NCBI GenBank assembly: GCA_964616365.1
Contig: CAZTTF010000117.1
Coordinates: 156 to 64,155 of the forward strand
Reading direction: 5' to 3'
Source: an uncultured Lewinella sp.
GTDB lineage: Bacteria > Bacteroidota > Bacteroidia > Chitinophagales > Saprospiraceae
DNA: 64,000 nucleotides
Shown here: positions 1 through 10,811 of the stretch, piece after piece
Position numbering within the stretch: the first letter of the stretch is position 1
Layout: the number at the start of each line of letters is the position of its first letter
The notes under the pieces: generated by a model
The model's input: the letters and a program-made list of their open reading frames with translations, nothing else
Told to the model about the DNA's origin: nothing
The model's database searches: none
Program-made: the position numbers and the translations under genes

Positions 1-1519
<1,519 letters not shown>

Positions 1520-1590
1520 GTCTTTCTAAAGATTTATGCAAAGGTCTTTGTCCCATGTCTTGCAAACGGTGATCTGAATCACACAAGCGC

Positions 1591-1905
1591 TTAAGCGGGC
1601 AACTGTGCTTTTACGTTCTGCCAGCTTCCGCCATTGATGGTCTCAATACCCGTACCCTGTAACCTGCGGTGAGCCATGCCACTACGATTGCCCGAGGCAC
1701 AGCACAAAATGACTGGTGTCTTTAATTTGCTTAGCTTTTTTTGCTGCTGATCGAGGCGTTGGAGGGGGATGTTAATGCTACCGGGAACGTGGCCTCCACG
1801 GAACTCTCCGGGAGTACGAACGTCAACAACGGTGCCCTGAGCGAGGTCTTCAGGAGAAAGGGTAGGGCCGCTGAGGCCTAAGAGTTTTTTTAAAAGACCG
1901 AACAT
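1591..1905 (-). CDS. Single-domain rhodanese-like sulfurtransferase
   Basis: 104 aa. Has the GHVPGSINIPL motif and the active-site loop CCASGNRSG. Confidence 0.85.
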   Translation of the reverse strand: MFGLLKKLLGLSGPTLSPEDLAQGTVVDVRTPGEFRGGHVPGSINIPLQRLDQQQKKLSKLKTPVILCCASGNRSGMAHRRLQGTGIETINGGSWQNVKAQLPA

Positions 1906-1990
1906 AGGTGGTAATAATTTACTGTTTCAAACAGGTTTGTCAACTGCTTGTGGCAGTTTGGGTAAAGTTAACCACCCGGTATACTAACTT

Positions 1991-2008
1991 TTGTGATCGA
2001 CCACACAA
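1991..2008. promoter_or_regulatory. CRP/FNR-like palindrome TTGTGA-N6-ACACAA upstream of the rhodanese gene
   Basis: ttGTGAtcgaccACACaa matches TGTGA-N6-TCACA at 9/10 positions. It lies ~90 bp upstream of the rhodanese start and next to the Crp/Fnr gene. Confidence 0.3.
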
Positions 2009-2163
2009 AGCAAAGGGCAATCGTTAAGTCTACTTTTTTCTAGCGCTTAGCGTCATTAGCTGAGGTTTTTCGGTTGCGCAAAGTCGCAACAACACAACGA
2101 TCTACCGCTAATCAGGACCCCTATACGAAAAGTTTCATCCGGTAGGCGCTACTGCCTTAGACT

Positions 2164-2817
2164 TCAAACAGCTGTGCCGATCAACTTAATTCGGTTTCGA
2201 CTCAGCTCAATTATTCCGCGCTTCTCGAGGTTCTTTAACAGACGGGATATGGCTTCCCGGCTGGCATTGAGATCGTTGGCAATAGTCTGGTGGGTAGTAC
2301 TGATCGTTTGATCCTCCTTAATGGCGGCACGTTTGGTGATGTACTCTACGAGGCGGTCATCCAACTGATTGAAGGTGACTTGGTCGATCGTTGCAATAAG
2401 CTCAGCCATGCGTTGGTCGTAAGCACGCATTACGAAGTTTTTCCAGCTTTTATAGCGCATCATCCACTCATCCAGTCGCTGCTGAGGCAGCGCAAGAATG
2501 GTAGTGTCTTCCTCTGCTACCGCCCGGATCTCACTTTGCCGATCAGACATACAACAGGAAAAGGTCATGGTGCAGGACTCTCCTCTGGTTAGGTAATATA
2601 AAAATAGCTCTGCCCCGTCGTCCGATAAACGGCTTACCTTGATCGTCCCGCTAATAATTAAGGGGAGCATCTTCACGTAATTACCGTAATCCATTATCAT
2701 ATCCCCCTCCCTGAAATGGTGGATACGCCCCTGGTCAGCAATGACTTGCTGCAGTCCAGGCTCTTTGAAGCCAGGAAATATCTGTTGGATTTCCTCAGTG
2801 GATAGTTGGTTTTTCAT
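2164..2817 (-). CDS. Crp/Fnr-family transcriptional regulator
   Basis: cNMP-binding-like beta-roll followed by a C-terminal HTH (TIANDLNASREAISRLLKNLEKRG). Start moved to MKNQLS (2817) from the track start at 2859. Confidence 0.8.
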   Translation of the reverse strand: MKNQLSTEEIQQIFPGFKEPGLQQVIADQGRIHHFREGDMIMDYGNYVKMLPLIISGTIKVSRLSDDGAELFLYYLTRGESCTMTFSCCMSDRQSEIRAVAEEDTTILALPQQRLDEWMMRYKSWKNFVMRAYDQRMAELIATIDQVTFNQLDDRLVEYITKRAAIKEDQTISTTHQTIANDLNASREAISRLLKNLEKRGIIELSRNRIKLIGTAV

Positions 2818-2920
2818 AGTAGGGCCATTGCTGGCATAGCAAACGCCACGAACACTCATCTTGTTGACTAAACTGTTAGCTACCTATTGCACTAGCCTTT
2901 ACTATCTCCGGACGTCTGGC

Positions 2921-4726
2921 TTAACCAAAATCATCCGAGTCGAGGTCTCCAAAAAAGCCGCTGTCAACACGCTCATCTCCGAGTAATACCTGAGGCCAGA
3001 CCACCTTTTTCTTCAACTTGAAGGTTGATAGCCGGTTATGGTAGTAGTGCAATAGAGCGAAACTCTCTGAAACAATTCGTCCGTTTCTGTCCGTAGTCAA
3101 CGGCTTGTTGATGTGGAAATTTCCTACAGCCCCCAGGCCATGATGAATGATACTTGCAGGGCTTCCGTATAGCTCAGGGGAAACTTTTGCTTTGTCTTTC
3201 TGGGACAAGTCAAGGAGCTGGTCTCGCAGCTGCCCCACTACGCTTTCAAGTGCGCCGGACTGAAAGTAAAAGTCTTCGTTAGGGAGCCGTAACAAGGCGT
3301 AAAGGTCGCTGCTTGGGAAGGCACGTTCCACCATCGCCCAGGCCGCATAAGTCACTAGATGACTGGGAAGAATAATGCCGTCGGCATGGTAGCGTTTTAC
3401 AATACAGCCACCTAGCATCCGGGTATACTCGCTTTCCCGTTGATAATCCTGGTTAATCTCTCCGTGCTGATCACGGAAATACTCTCGCGTGGATACGCTT
3501 CGTCCGCTCTTGGTGTAGCTTTTACCATCTTCATCTACTCGGTTACCCAACACATCCATGGGTTGTCCAAGAGAAATTGTAATCTGGTTGCCTTTGCTGA
3601 ATACCCCCCAAATGAATTTCAGGATAGAACGCAGGCTGTGAAAGCTGTCTTTGGCTTTGATGTATCGATCCTGACCTACCTTTTTCAGGTGTTGTTCGAT
3701 CAGAAACTGGGCTTCGAGTACAAAAGGATAACTCAGAATGACAGGGACCAAAAAGACCTTGTCGTCTCTACCTTGCTGGTAACGTGTACGCTGAGCTTCA
3801 ACGGCAGTACCCAGCAAACCAAGTTTTAGTTTCGTCTCCAGGGCCCCTGAACGGGAGCGGGTACCTCCCGGGAAAAACAGACTGGGTACACCTTTTTCAA
3901 TAATCAGTTTGCTGAATAGCTTCAGCGTGGTCATATAGACAGGGTTTCGCTTCCTGCGGTCCACCCGGTAAGCCCCAAGTCGGTTCATGAAATAGGCCGT
4001 GTAACCAGTGTTGTATAAATTCAGCCCCGCACCAAAAGACACTGCAGGTAAGCCCGCAACCTGGTCCATAGCATAACCAATCAAGATAGAGTCCAGGTTG
4101 CTAAAATGCGTCGGTACGAATACCACCGTTCCTTTCTTACTCAAGGCCCTCACCTGCTCTACGTAGCCCCTTACGATCAGTTTTTCCTGCAAGAGGATAC
4201 GTTTACTGAACAGACTACGGAAACTTCGGCCGTCAGCAGCATTGAGTAATCTACCAAAAAAGAACGTCAGAAATCTACGGGCAAATTTAAAGGTCGGAAT
4301 CTTGAAATGCCCCACGATTTCGTCGGCATAACGGTGGACGACTTTCCTAAGCAGTCCCTTCGCTACTCGGTCAGCTGTGGTCTCTTCTTCTTCATCCAGC
4401 GATTTTGTCGCCAGCATTTTGGCAAGTCGTTTCCAGTAGCGACGCTCCTTGGGAGGATCAACCTTCCAGGGCTCTTCCTTGGTGCGCTGTTGTTCGCTGA
4501 ATAACGTCTTGCTCAACAACTCATCTAGTTGTTTGCCGTGCTCCTCCAGGAGCCGCTGATAGCTAGTATATTCTAACTCCTTTACGAAATGCTCTCTGTC
4601 GTCATGTAAACGAAAGATGGCCCAATCGGCAACGTTCGGGGAGATGTGCGCACGCTCTCGGCCCTCATGCTCAAAGGCAGCATCTGCGGGTGGAGAAAAA
4701 GGAGTATTGATATTGGAATCAGACAC
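2921..4726 (-). CDS. Long-form glycerol-3-phosphate/lysophospholipid acyltransferase (PlsB/PlsC superfamily)
   Basis: 601 aa. Acyltransferase block I VPTHFSNLDS (HX4D) and block III FFPGGTRSRSG. Confidence 0.7.
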   Translation of the reverse strand: MSDSNINTPFSPPADAAFEHEGRERAHISPNVADWAIFRLHDDREHFVKELEYTSYQRLLEEHGKQLDELLSKTLFSEQQRTKEEPWKVDPPKERRYWKRLAKMLATKSLDEEEETTADRVAKGLLRKVVHRYADEIVGHFKIPTFKFARRFLTFFFGRLLNAADGRSFRSLFSKRILLQEKLIVRGYVEQVRALSKKGTVVFVPTHFSNLDSILIGYAMDQVAGLPAVSFGAGLNLYNTGYTAYFMNRLGAYRVDRRKRNPVYMTTLKLFSKLIIEKGVPSLFFPGGTRSRSGALETKLKLGLLGTAVEAQRTRYQQGRDDKVFLVPVILSYPFVLEAQFLIEQHLKKVGQDRYIKAKDSFHSLRSILKFIWGVFSKGNQITISLGQPMDVLGNRVDEDGKSYTKSGRSVSTREYFRDQHGEINQDYQRESEYTRMLGGCIVKRYHADGIILPSHLVTYAAWAMVERAFPSSDLYALLRLPNEDFYFQSGALESVVGQLRDQLLDLSQKDKAKVSPELYGSPASIIHHGLGAVGNFHINKPLTTDRNGRIVSESFALLHYYHNRLSTFKLKKKVVWPQVLLGDERVDSGFFGDLDSDDFG

Positions 4727-4853
4727 AGGGCAAAAGTAGGGAATAGAATGGCCCCGATCTGATAGCGGGCCCCGAAGATTTAACTTAAATACAAAGTTGA
4801 AAAAAATATATGTGTTAATGTTTTTATCAATTAATTTATTTTAATTCCGTAGT

Positions 4854-4916
4854 ATGTTGAAAATGAGTATGTTGGTGCTTAATGTTGTTCGTTCATATGT
4901 TGTTTTTTTCATGTTT
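4854..4916 (+). promoter_or_regulatory. Array of five ATGTT(G/T) hexamers at 13-15 bp spacing in the AT-rich divergent promoter upstream of sulfite reductase
   Basis: ATGTTG at 4854, 4869, 4882 and 4897, and ATGTTT at 4911. The last copy is 41 bp before the sir ATG. Confidence 0.35.
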
Positions 4917-4956
4917 TGAGTCGACTGGTTTCTGCGTTGGCGGGTAGTTTGGTCAT

Positions 4957-7077
4957 ATGGAAACGATAGTTACGCAAACCCAGAACCAATTAAACGCTGC
5001 TGATCGGGCAGATATCGATGAGTTGACCAGCCGCATTTATGCTTACCAGCGTGGCCAGGAAGATGAGGATCGCTTCAAACACTACCGGCTTACACGTGGT
5101 GTCTACGGACAGCGCCAGCTTGGCGTGCATATGTTTCGGACCAAGATCCCTTTTGGACACTTGACCCCGGACCAGCTAATAGCCCTGGCTGATATCTCAG
5201 AACGTTATACCAACGGTCGCCTGCACATTACTACACGCCAGAATGTGCAGCTGCATTACGTCAAGTTGAATGACAGTCCCGCAATATGGAAAGATCTAGC
5301 CGCCGCCGGAATGACCGCACGCGAAGCCTGCGGAAACACTGTTCGTAACCTCACCGCCAGCCCCCTGGCTGGCGTCGACCCTGATGAACCTTTCGACGTC
5401 AGTCCATATGTGTACGCAGCCTTTGATTACTTCCTGCGCAACCCGATCTGCCAGGAAATGGGCCGTAAGATCAAGCCTGCCTTCTCTAGCAGTGAGAAAG
5501 ACTCTGCTTTCACTTACTTCCATGATTTCGGCTTCATTCCCCGAATTCAGGAAGGGGTGAAGGGCTTCAAAGTCGTCATCGGCGGCGGCCTTGGCGCCGT
5601 TTCCATGATTGCTCCTACGGCCTACGAGTTTTTGCCGGCTTCCAGCATCATCCCATTCATGGAGGCTGCGATCAGGGTTTTTGATCGCTACGGAGAGCGG
5701 GAGAAGCGCATGAAAGCCCGGATGAAATACCTGTTGAAAGATTTGGGACTGGAAAAATTGATGGCTCTGATCGAAGAAGAGATGCCAGCTGTTGCTCATA
5801 AAACCTATACCATCGATGAGCAGCTGGTTCCCGCCCTCGGAAATGTTCCTGGTGATAACTTCCCGGAGGTAGCTCCTTTACATGCCGGCCTGTACGCCGA
5901 ATGGTTGAAAACCAACGTGCTGGAACAAAAGCAGGGCGGCTACCGGGCAGTTGCCATTCGGATTCCCCTCGGTAATCTTGAGGCAGAACAGGCCCGGCTA
6001 CTCGCCGGCCTTATCAAAGAGTTTGCCTCCGACGACATTCGACTCAGCGTACAGCAGGGGATGGTCCTGCGCTACGTTCCTCCAAGTGCACTACCGCACC
6101 TGTTTAACGGTCTTTACGCCCTCAACCTAGGGCTGCCCGGCTACGATACCACCGCTGACATCACGGCTTGCCCGGGAACGGATACCTGCGCCCTGGGCGT
6201 AACTAATTCCACGGGCCTTGCGCGGGTGCTGGAAGACCTCATCCGTGACGAGTTTCCCGAGATGGTTACGGAAGATGATATCCGGATCAAAATATCCGGA
6301 TGTATGAATGGCTGTGGCCAGCACATGGCGGCCAATATTGGTTTCCATGGTAGTAGCATTCGGGTTGGCCAACGAATTGCACCTGCTATGCAGGTCGTTG
6401 TTGGCGGAGGCATCACTGACGACGGGCGCGGCTTCGTCGCGCAAAAAGTAATCAAAGTACCCACCCGGCGGGTCCCTCAGGTCATCAGAGACCTCTTTGC
6501 CGATTATAAAGACAATGCTGCCGAAGGAGAGTACTACAACGATTACGTTGTCCGGCAGGGCAAACGCTACTTCTACGATGTGCTCAAGCCGCTGGGTGAC
6601 AGCAAGACCATTACCGAAGAAGAATACTACGATTGGGGGCAGGACCACGAATACCGCCAGGAAATCGGAGTAGGGGAGTGTGCCGGTGTTTCTATCGACG
6701 TCATTGGCGCCATTCTGAACGACGCTTCTAACAAGATTATCGCTGCGGGCAAGTCCGCAGACAATGCCGCCTGGGCAGACGCAGGTTACCACGCTTACTC
6801 AGCCATGATTACGGCAGCAAAGGCCTTAATGCTTGCCGAGGATAAGAAGTGTAATACCCACATTGGTATCCTGCGCGATTTCTCCGAACACTTCGGAGAC
6901 CGCTTCTCCGAAGCAATGCCTTTTGAACAGTTCGTATTGCGCATCAAGCGCAATGAACCTACTAAAGACTTCGTGTCTGCCTACCTCGCTGACGCACGCG
7001 CATTTGTCTCTAAAGCTATCCGCGAGCGGGAGAGCCAATTGGATAAAACCGTGATCTCCGAATACTACAAAGCCTAG
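4957..7077 (+). CDS. Assimilatory sulfite reductase hemoprotein (siroheme/[4Fe-4S]) with a C-terminal extension
   Basis: 706 aa. Cys cluster TACPGTDTCALG ... SGCMNGCGQH typical of nitrite/sulfite reductases. Heads an operon with siroheme-synthesis genes and cysH. Confidence 0.85.
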   Translation: METIVTQTQNQLNAADRADIDELTSRIYAYQRGQEDEDRFKHYRLTRGVYGQRQLGVHMFRTKIPFGHLTPDQLIALADISERYTNGRLHITTRQNVQLHYVKLNDSPAIWKDLAAAGMTAREACGNTVRNLTASPLAGVDPDEPFDVSPYVYAAFDYFLRNPICQEMGRKIKPAFSSSEKDSAFTYFHDFGFIPRIQEGVKGFKVVIGGGLGAVSMIAPTAYEFLPASSIIPFMEAAIRVFDRYGEREKRMKARMKYLLKDLGLEKLMALIEEEMPAVAHKTYTIDEQLVPALGNVPGDNFPEVAPLHAGLYAEWLKTNVLEQKQGGYRAVAIRIPLGNLEAEQARLLAGLIKEFASDDIRLSVQQGMVLRYVPPSALPHLFNGLYALNLGLPGYDTTADITACPGTDTCALGVTNSTGLARVLEDLIRDEFPEMVTEDDIRIKISGCMNGCGQHMAANIGFHGSSIRVGQRIAPAMQVVVGGGITDDGRGFVAQKVIKVPTRRVPQVIRDLFADYKDNAAEGEYYNDYVVRQGKRYFYDVLKPLGDSKTITEEEYYDWGQDHEYRQEIGVGECAGVSIDVIGAILNDASNKIIAAGKSADNAAWADAGYHAYSAMITAAKALMLAEDKKCNTHIGILRDFSEHFGDRFSEAMPFEQFVLRIKRNEPTKDFVSAYLADARAFVSKAIRERESQLDKTVISEYYKA

Positions 7078-7163
7078 ACTCCGGAGGAGTCGAATTTACT
7101 TTATCCCCGGATGGAGGCATCGGCGTAGCCGAGCCGTCATCCGGGGAGCTTAAGCCAAGAAAC

Positions 7164-7928
7164 ATGCCCACCCCTCATCTTACCCTCGTCGGCGCCGGTC
7201 CCGGAGACCCTGACCTGATCACCCGCAAGGGAATCAGGGCACTGCAAACAGCGGATGTAATCCTATACGATGCTTTAAGCAGTGAGGAGCTGCTGACAGA
7301 AGCGCCCCCGCATTGCCGGAAGATTTTTGTCGGGAAACGCGCTGGCTGTCACTACAAAAAGCAGGAGCAAATCAATGAGTTGATCGTTGAATGTGCCCTG
7401 ACGCATGGTCACGTCGTTCGCCTGAAAGGCGGAGACCCTTTTGTTTTTGGCCGGGGGCAGGAAGAAATCGCTTTTGCTCGCAAACACGGCATCTCTACCA
7501 CCACTATTCCTGGAATCAGTAGCTGTATTAGCCTCCCGGAGCTGCAAGGCGTTGCGCCTACGAGCCGGGGCTATGCTGATAGCTTTTGGGTGATGACTGC
7601 GCACACCAGAGACCACGGCATTAGCCAGGACCTACTCCTGGCGCCCAAATCGTCGGCAACGGTGATTATTCTGATGGGGATGGGGCGACTGGACCAAATC
7701 TGCGCCCTTTGGGATGCAGAAGGCAAGGGCGCCCTCCCGGCAATGGTGATTCAGAACGGTAGCCGGCCTGATGAAAAGTGTTGGGTGGGAACGGTAAATG
7801 ATATTGCTCCGCGGGTAAGGGCTGAGCGGGATCAGGGACCAGGAATCATTGTACTGGGGAAAACAGTTGCCCAGCACCCCGCCTTTGTGGGCCACATAAT
7901 GGCCACGGTAAATGCCTCAACACATTAA
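7164..7928 (+). CDS. cobA: Uroporphyrinogen-III C-methyltransferase
   Basis: 254 aa. Tetrapyrrole methylase motifs LVGAGPGDPDLITRKG and GGDPFVFGRG. Confidence 0.9.
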   Translation: MPTPHLTLVGAGPGDPDLITRKGIRALQTADVILYDALSSEELLTEAPPHCRKIFVGKRAGCHYKKQEQINELIVECALTHGHVVRLKGGDPFVFGRGQEEIAFARKHGISTTTIPGISSCISLPELQGVAPTSRGYADSFWVMTAHTRDHGISQDLLLAPKSSATVIILMGMGRLDQICALWDAEGKGALPAMVIQNGSRPDEKCWVGTVNDIAPRVRAERDQGPGIIVLGKTVAQHPAFVGHIMATVNASTH

Positions 7929-7931
7929 GCC

Positions 7932-8762
7932 ATGACGAATCAATTATACCCCGCTTTTTTTCGGCTCGACCGACTCGAAATTCTCGTTGTGGGCGCCGGA
8001 GAAGTAGGAGAGGAAAAACTGAAGTTTATCCTTAAGTCAAGCCCCAACGCCCGGGTCACCATCGTGGCTCCGTGGATGGGAGAGGAGCTGCGGGACCTCC
8101 TTGACGGATACGATCGGGCTACTCATCTCGAAGGAGGAGAAGGCGCGCGGACGCAGGATGCAAGACAGAACCCCTTGGAAGGGCAAAGTAAGTCCCTGGC
8201 TGATGAACAGGCGGGGTACTGGAAGACTCCCGCTGGTGGCCGGGTATCCTGGGCTAAGCGGAAGTTTGATCCGGCGGATGTCCAGGTCGCTGACCTGATC
8301 GTTGCCGCTACCAACTTCCCCGAAATCAACAAGGCCGTCTACGCGGCGGCGAAGACGCACCGCCGCCTGTGCAACATCGCGGATACTCCGGAGCTCTGTG
8401 ATTTCTATTTGGGCAGCATCGTCACCAGAGGGCCACTGAAGGTGGCCATCTCCACAAACGGACAAAGCCCTACCTTTGCCAAGCGTTTCCGGCAATTCCT
8501 GGAAGCGGAGTTACCCGATTTTGAAACCACCAATTTGCTGAATAATCTTAAAGTTTTTAGGGATCGTTTAACGGGCAATTTTGCCGCTAAGGTCCGGCAG
8601 TTGAATGCCGTGACCAGTAACCTGCTCTCTGCAACAGATAGCGATCAACGCCCCTGTGGATGCCCCGAAGGAGAGTGCCTTGTCGCAGCAGCTTCCACTG
8701 CTTCCACAACCTCCTGCGCACCTGCGGCCACGCCCCCAAAAGCTATTGAAAAGAAAGTATGA
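7932..8762 (+). CDS. Precorrin-2 dehydrogenase / sirohydrochlorin ferrochelatase (CysG N-domain / SirC / Met8 type)
   Basis: 276 aa. Rossmann motif LVVGAGEVGEEK and LIVAATN. 3-bp gap after cobA and an ATGA overlap with cysH. Confidence 0.7.
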   Translation: MTNQLYPAFFRLDRLEILVVGAGEVGEEKLKFILKSSPNARVTIVAPWMGEELRDLLDGYDRATHLEGGEGARTQDARQNPLEGQSKSLADEQAGYWKTPAGGRVSWAKRKFDPADVQVADLIVAATNFPEINKAVYAAAKTHRRLCNIADTPELCDFYLGSIVTRGPLKVAISTNGQSPTFAKRFRQFLEAELPDFETTNLLNNLKVFRDRLTGNFAAKVRQLNAVTSNLLSATDSDQRPCGCPEGECLVAAASTASTTSCAPAATPPKAIEKKV

Positions 8763-9445
8763 ATACTACTTCCAAAACTGTCCTAAGAGTAGACATCGAT
8801 GCATTAAATACTGAATTTGCCACCCTTGGTTTTCAGGAGCGTATCGAACGGCTCTACGAATACTTCCCCGTAAATAGTGTTCTTTTTACGAGCTCCTTCG
8901 GCACCAAGTCAGTCGTCATGCTGACCCTGGTAAGCCGCGCAAATAGTGCTCAGAAAGTACACATGTTGAATACGGGATACCACTTTCCTGAAACACTGGC
9001 TTATAAAGATACCTTGAGTGAGCTTACTGGTCTGGAGGTCGTGGAAATTCATCCTGATGCTGCCCGGCATCAACAAACACTCGACGTGGAAATGTGGGAG
9101 AACCAACCAAGTCGTTGCTGCCACTACAATAAGGTGATGCCACTCAAGGCGGTTAAAGCGCAGCATACGGTTTGGATGTCTGGGGTGCACAGCTACCAGA
9201 CCATGAATCGGGCCGCAATGAAAATCTTTGAGGAAGTAGAGGGGCTTATCCACTTTCACCCGCTGATTGATATCACCGAAGGGGAGTTCCTTTATCACCT
9301 GGAGAAGGATAAATTGCCCCGCCACCCGCTGGAGGCAAAAGGATATGGCTCCATCGGGTGCCACCACTGCACCCGGCCCGGGCAGGGTCGTGCCGGACGT
9401 TGGGCCGGAAAGGATAAGGACGAATGCGGGCTGCACGTGAGTTAA
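8759..9445 (+). CDS. cysH: Adenylylsulfate (APS)/PAPS reductase, Fe-S cluster subtype
   Basis: 228 aa. C-terminal catalytic motif KDECGLH. Cys pair RCCHYN plus GCHHCT matches the CC...CxxC [4Fe-4S] ligands of APS reductases. Confidence 0.85.
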   Translation: MNTTSKTVLRVDIDALNTEFATLGFQERIERLYEYFPVNSVLFTSSFGTKSVVMLTLVSRANSAQKVHMLNTGYHFPETLAYKDTLSELTGLEVVEIHPDAARHQQTLDVEMWENQPSRCCHYNKVMPLKAVKAQHTVWMSGVHSYQTMNRAAMKIFEEVEGLIHFHPLIDITEGEFLYHLEKDKLPRHPLEAKGYGSIGCHHCTRPGQGRAGRWAGKDKDECGLHVS

Positions 9446-9647
9446 ACTACAAGCGAGCCGGTCATCAGAAGTATCCTCTGCTGATACAGCCGTAGTAATT
9501 CAGCAAATGTCTCGACGTCATATGTCGTGGCCTTTCTTTCAAATTGTTACAACCATTCAACACTGGATGTCGCATCTTTGCATCTCCGGTTAGAATTGTC
9601 CGCAACTTTGCCATCAGGGCGATGTTTTTAACTGAAAATTTATCAAA

Positions 9648-10682
9648 ATGATCCAAACTGATATTCTCATCATTGGCGCCGGCCCGGTAGGGTTATTTAC
9701 CGTGTTTGAAGCCGGGCTGCTTAAACTGCGCTGTCACTTAATTGATAGCCTGGGGCAACCCGGTGGACAGTTAACTGAGATCTATCCCAAGAAGCCGATT
9801 TATGATATTCCCGGCTATCCTAGTGTATTAGCCGGAGAGTTGGTAGATAACCTGATGGAGCAGATTAAGCCTTTTAACCCTGGTTTTACCCTCGGAGAAT
9901 CTGCCGCTACCATTGAAACGGTTGGGGAGAAAGTGTATCAGGTAACGACCGATAAAGGAACCGTGCACCAGGCACCGGTTATCATGATTGCTGGAGGATT
10001 GGGTGTATTCACCCCCCGGAAGCCTCCTATTCCTGGTATTGCTGATTTTGAAGATAAAGGCGTTGCTTACGTAATTCGGGACCCGGAGGTGTACCGCAAC
10101 AAGCGGGTTCTGTTAGCAGGTGGTGGCGACTCTGCCCTTGACTGGACCATCTTCCTGGCCGACGTTGCCAGCGAAGTAACCCTCGTTCACCGCCGCGATA
10201 GCTTCCGGGGAGCGCTGGACAGCGTGGAGAAAGTCATGGAACTGGCAGAATCAGGTAAGATCAACCTCATCACGAAGGCGCAGGCCGTAGGGATTGAAGG
10301 CAATGATCACGTGGAAGGCATTACCATCAAGCATAAGTCCGGAGAGGAAGAGACCATTGCGGTAGACGATTTTATCCCACTCTTTGGTCTCGCCCCTAAG
10401 CTGGGACCGATTGCTGAATGGGGACTGGACATTCATAAGAATGCCATCAAGGTGGACACCCGGGATTACTCGACCGGAATCCCCGGTATTTATGCCATCG
10501 GAGATATCAACCATTACGAAGGCAAGCTTAAGCTGATTTTGTGTGGTTTCCACGAGGGAACGATTGCGGTGCAATCGGCCTTCAGCTACATTTACCCCGA
10601 TAAGAAGCTGAGCTTCAAGTACACTACCGTAAACGGTGTACAGGGACTGCCAAAAGAAGAAGAGGCCGCCGCAACAGCATAG
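9648..10682 (+). CDS. Thioredoxin-reductase-like ferredoxin-NADP+ reductase (YumC type)
   Basis: 344 aa. FAD motif IIGAGPVGLF and NADPH motif LAGGGDSALD. No CxxC redox-active disulfide. N-terminus DSLGQPGGQLTEIYPKKPIYDIPGYP is typical of this FNR class. Confidence 0.8.
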   Translation: MIQTDILIIGAGPVGLFTVFEAGLLKLRCHLIDSLGQPGGQLTEIYPKKPIYDIPGYPSVLAGELVDNLMEQIKPFNPGFTLGESAATIETVGEKVYQVTTDKGTVHQAPVIMIAGGLGVFTPRKPPIPGIADFEDKGVAYVIRDPEVYRNKRVLLAGGGDSALDWTIFLADVASEVTLVHRRDSFRGALDSVEKVMELAESGKINLITKAQAVGIEGNDHVEGITIKHKSGEEETIAVDDFIPLFGLAPKLGPIAEWGLDIHKNAIKVDTRDYSTGIPGIYAIGDINHYEGKLKLILCGFHEGTIAVQSAFSYIYPDKKLSFKYTTVNGVQGLPKEEEAAATA

Positions 10683-10710
10683 TGACCGATTCGCTTTTAG
10701 CGTATCCCAT

Positions 10711-10745
10711 AACAGGTCGGTTCTGGAAAACGGGGCCGACCTGTT
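10711..10745. terminator. Hairpin between convergent FNR and O-methyltransferase genes (no clear U-tract)
   Basis: aacaggtcgg (10711-10720) pairs with ccgacctgtt (10736-10745). Confidence 0.4.
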
Positions 10746-10811
10746 GCATTTAGTACCCCGAATATCCCGTATTAGACCTTACTGGCGATTGGGCGTAGGG
10801 CATCCCTTGCG

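Noticed and set aside
6127-6792. 221-aa and 107-aa antisense ORFs inside the sulfite reductase gene
   Set aside because: These are shadow ORFs opposite a strongly supported CDS, with low-complexity, Arg/Gly/Val-rich translations.
9465-9656. 63-aa minus-strand ORF in the cysH-FNR intergenic region (checked as a possible small ferredoxin)
   Set aside because: It has no Cys-cluster motif, its composition is not protein-like, and it overlaps the FNR start.
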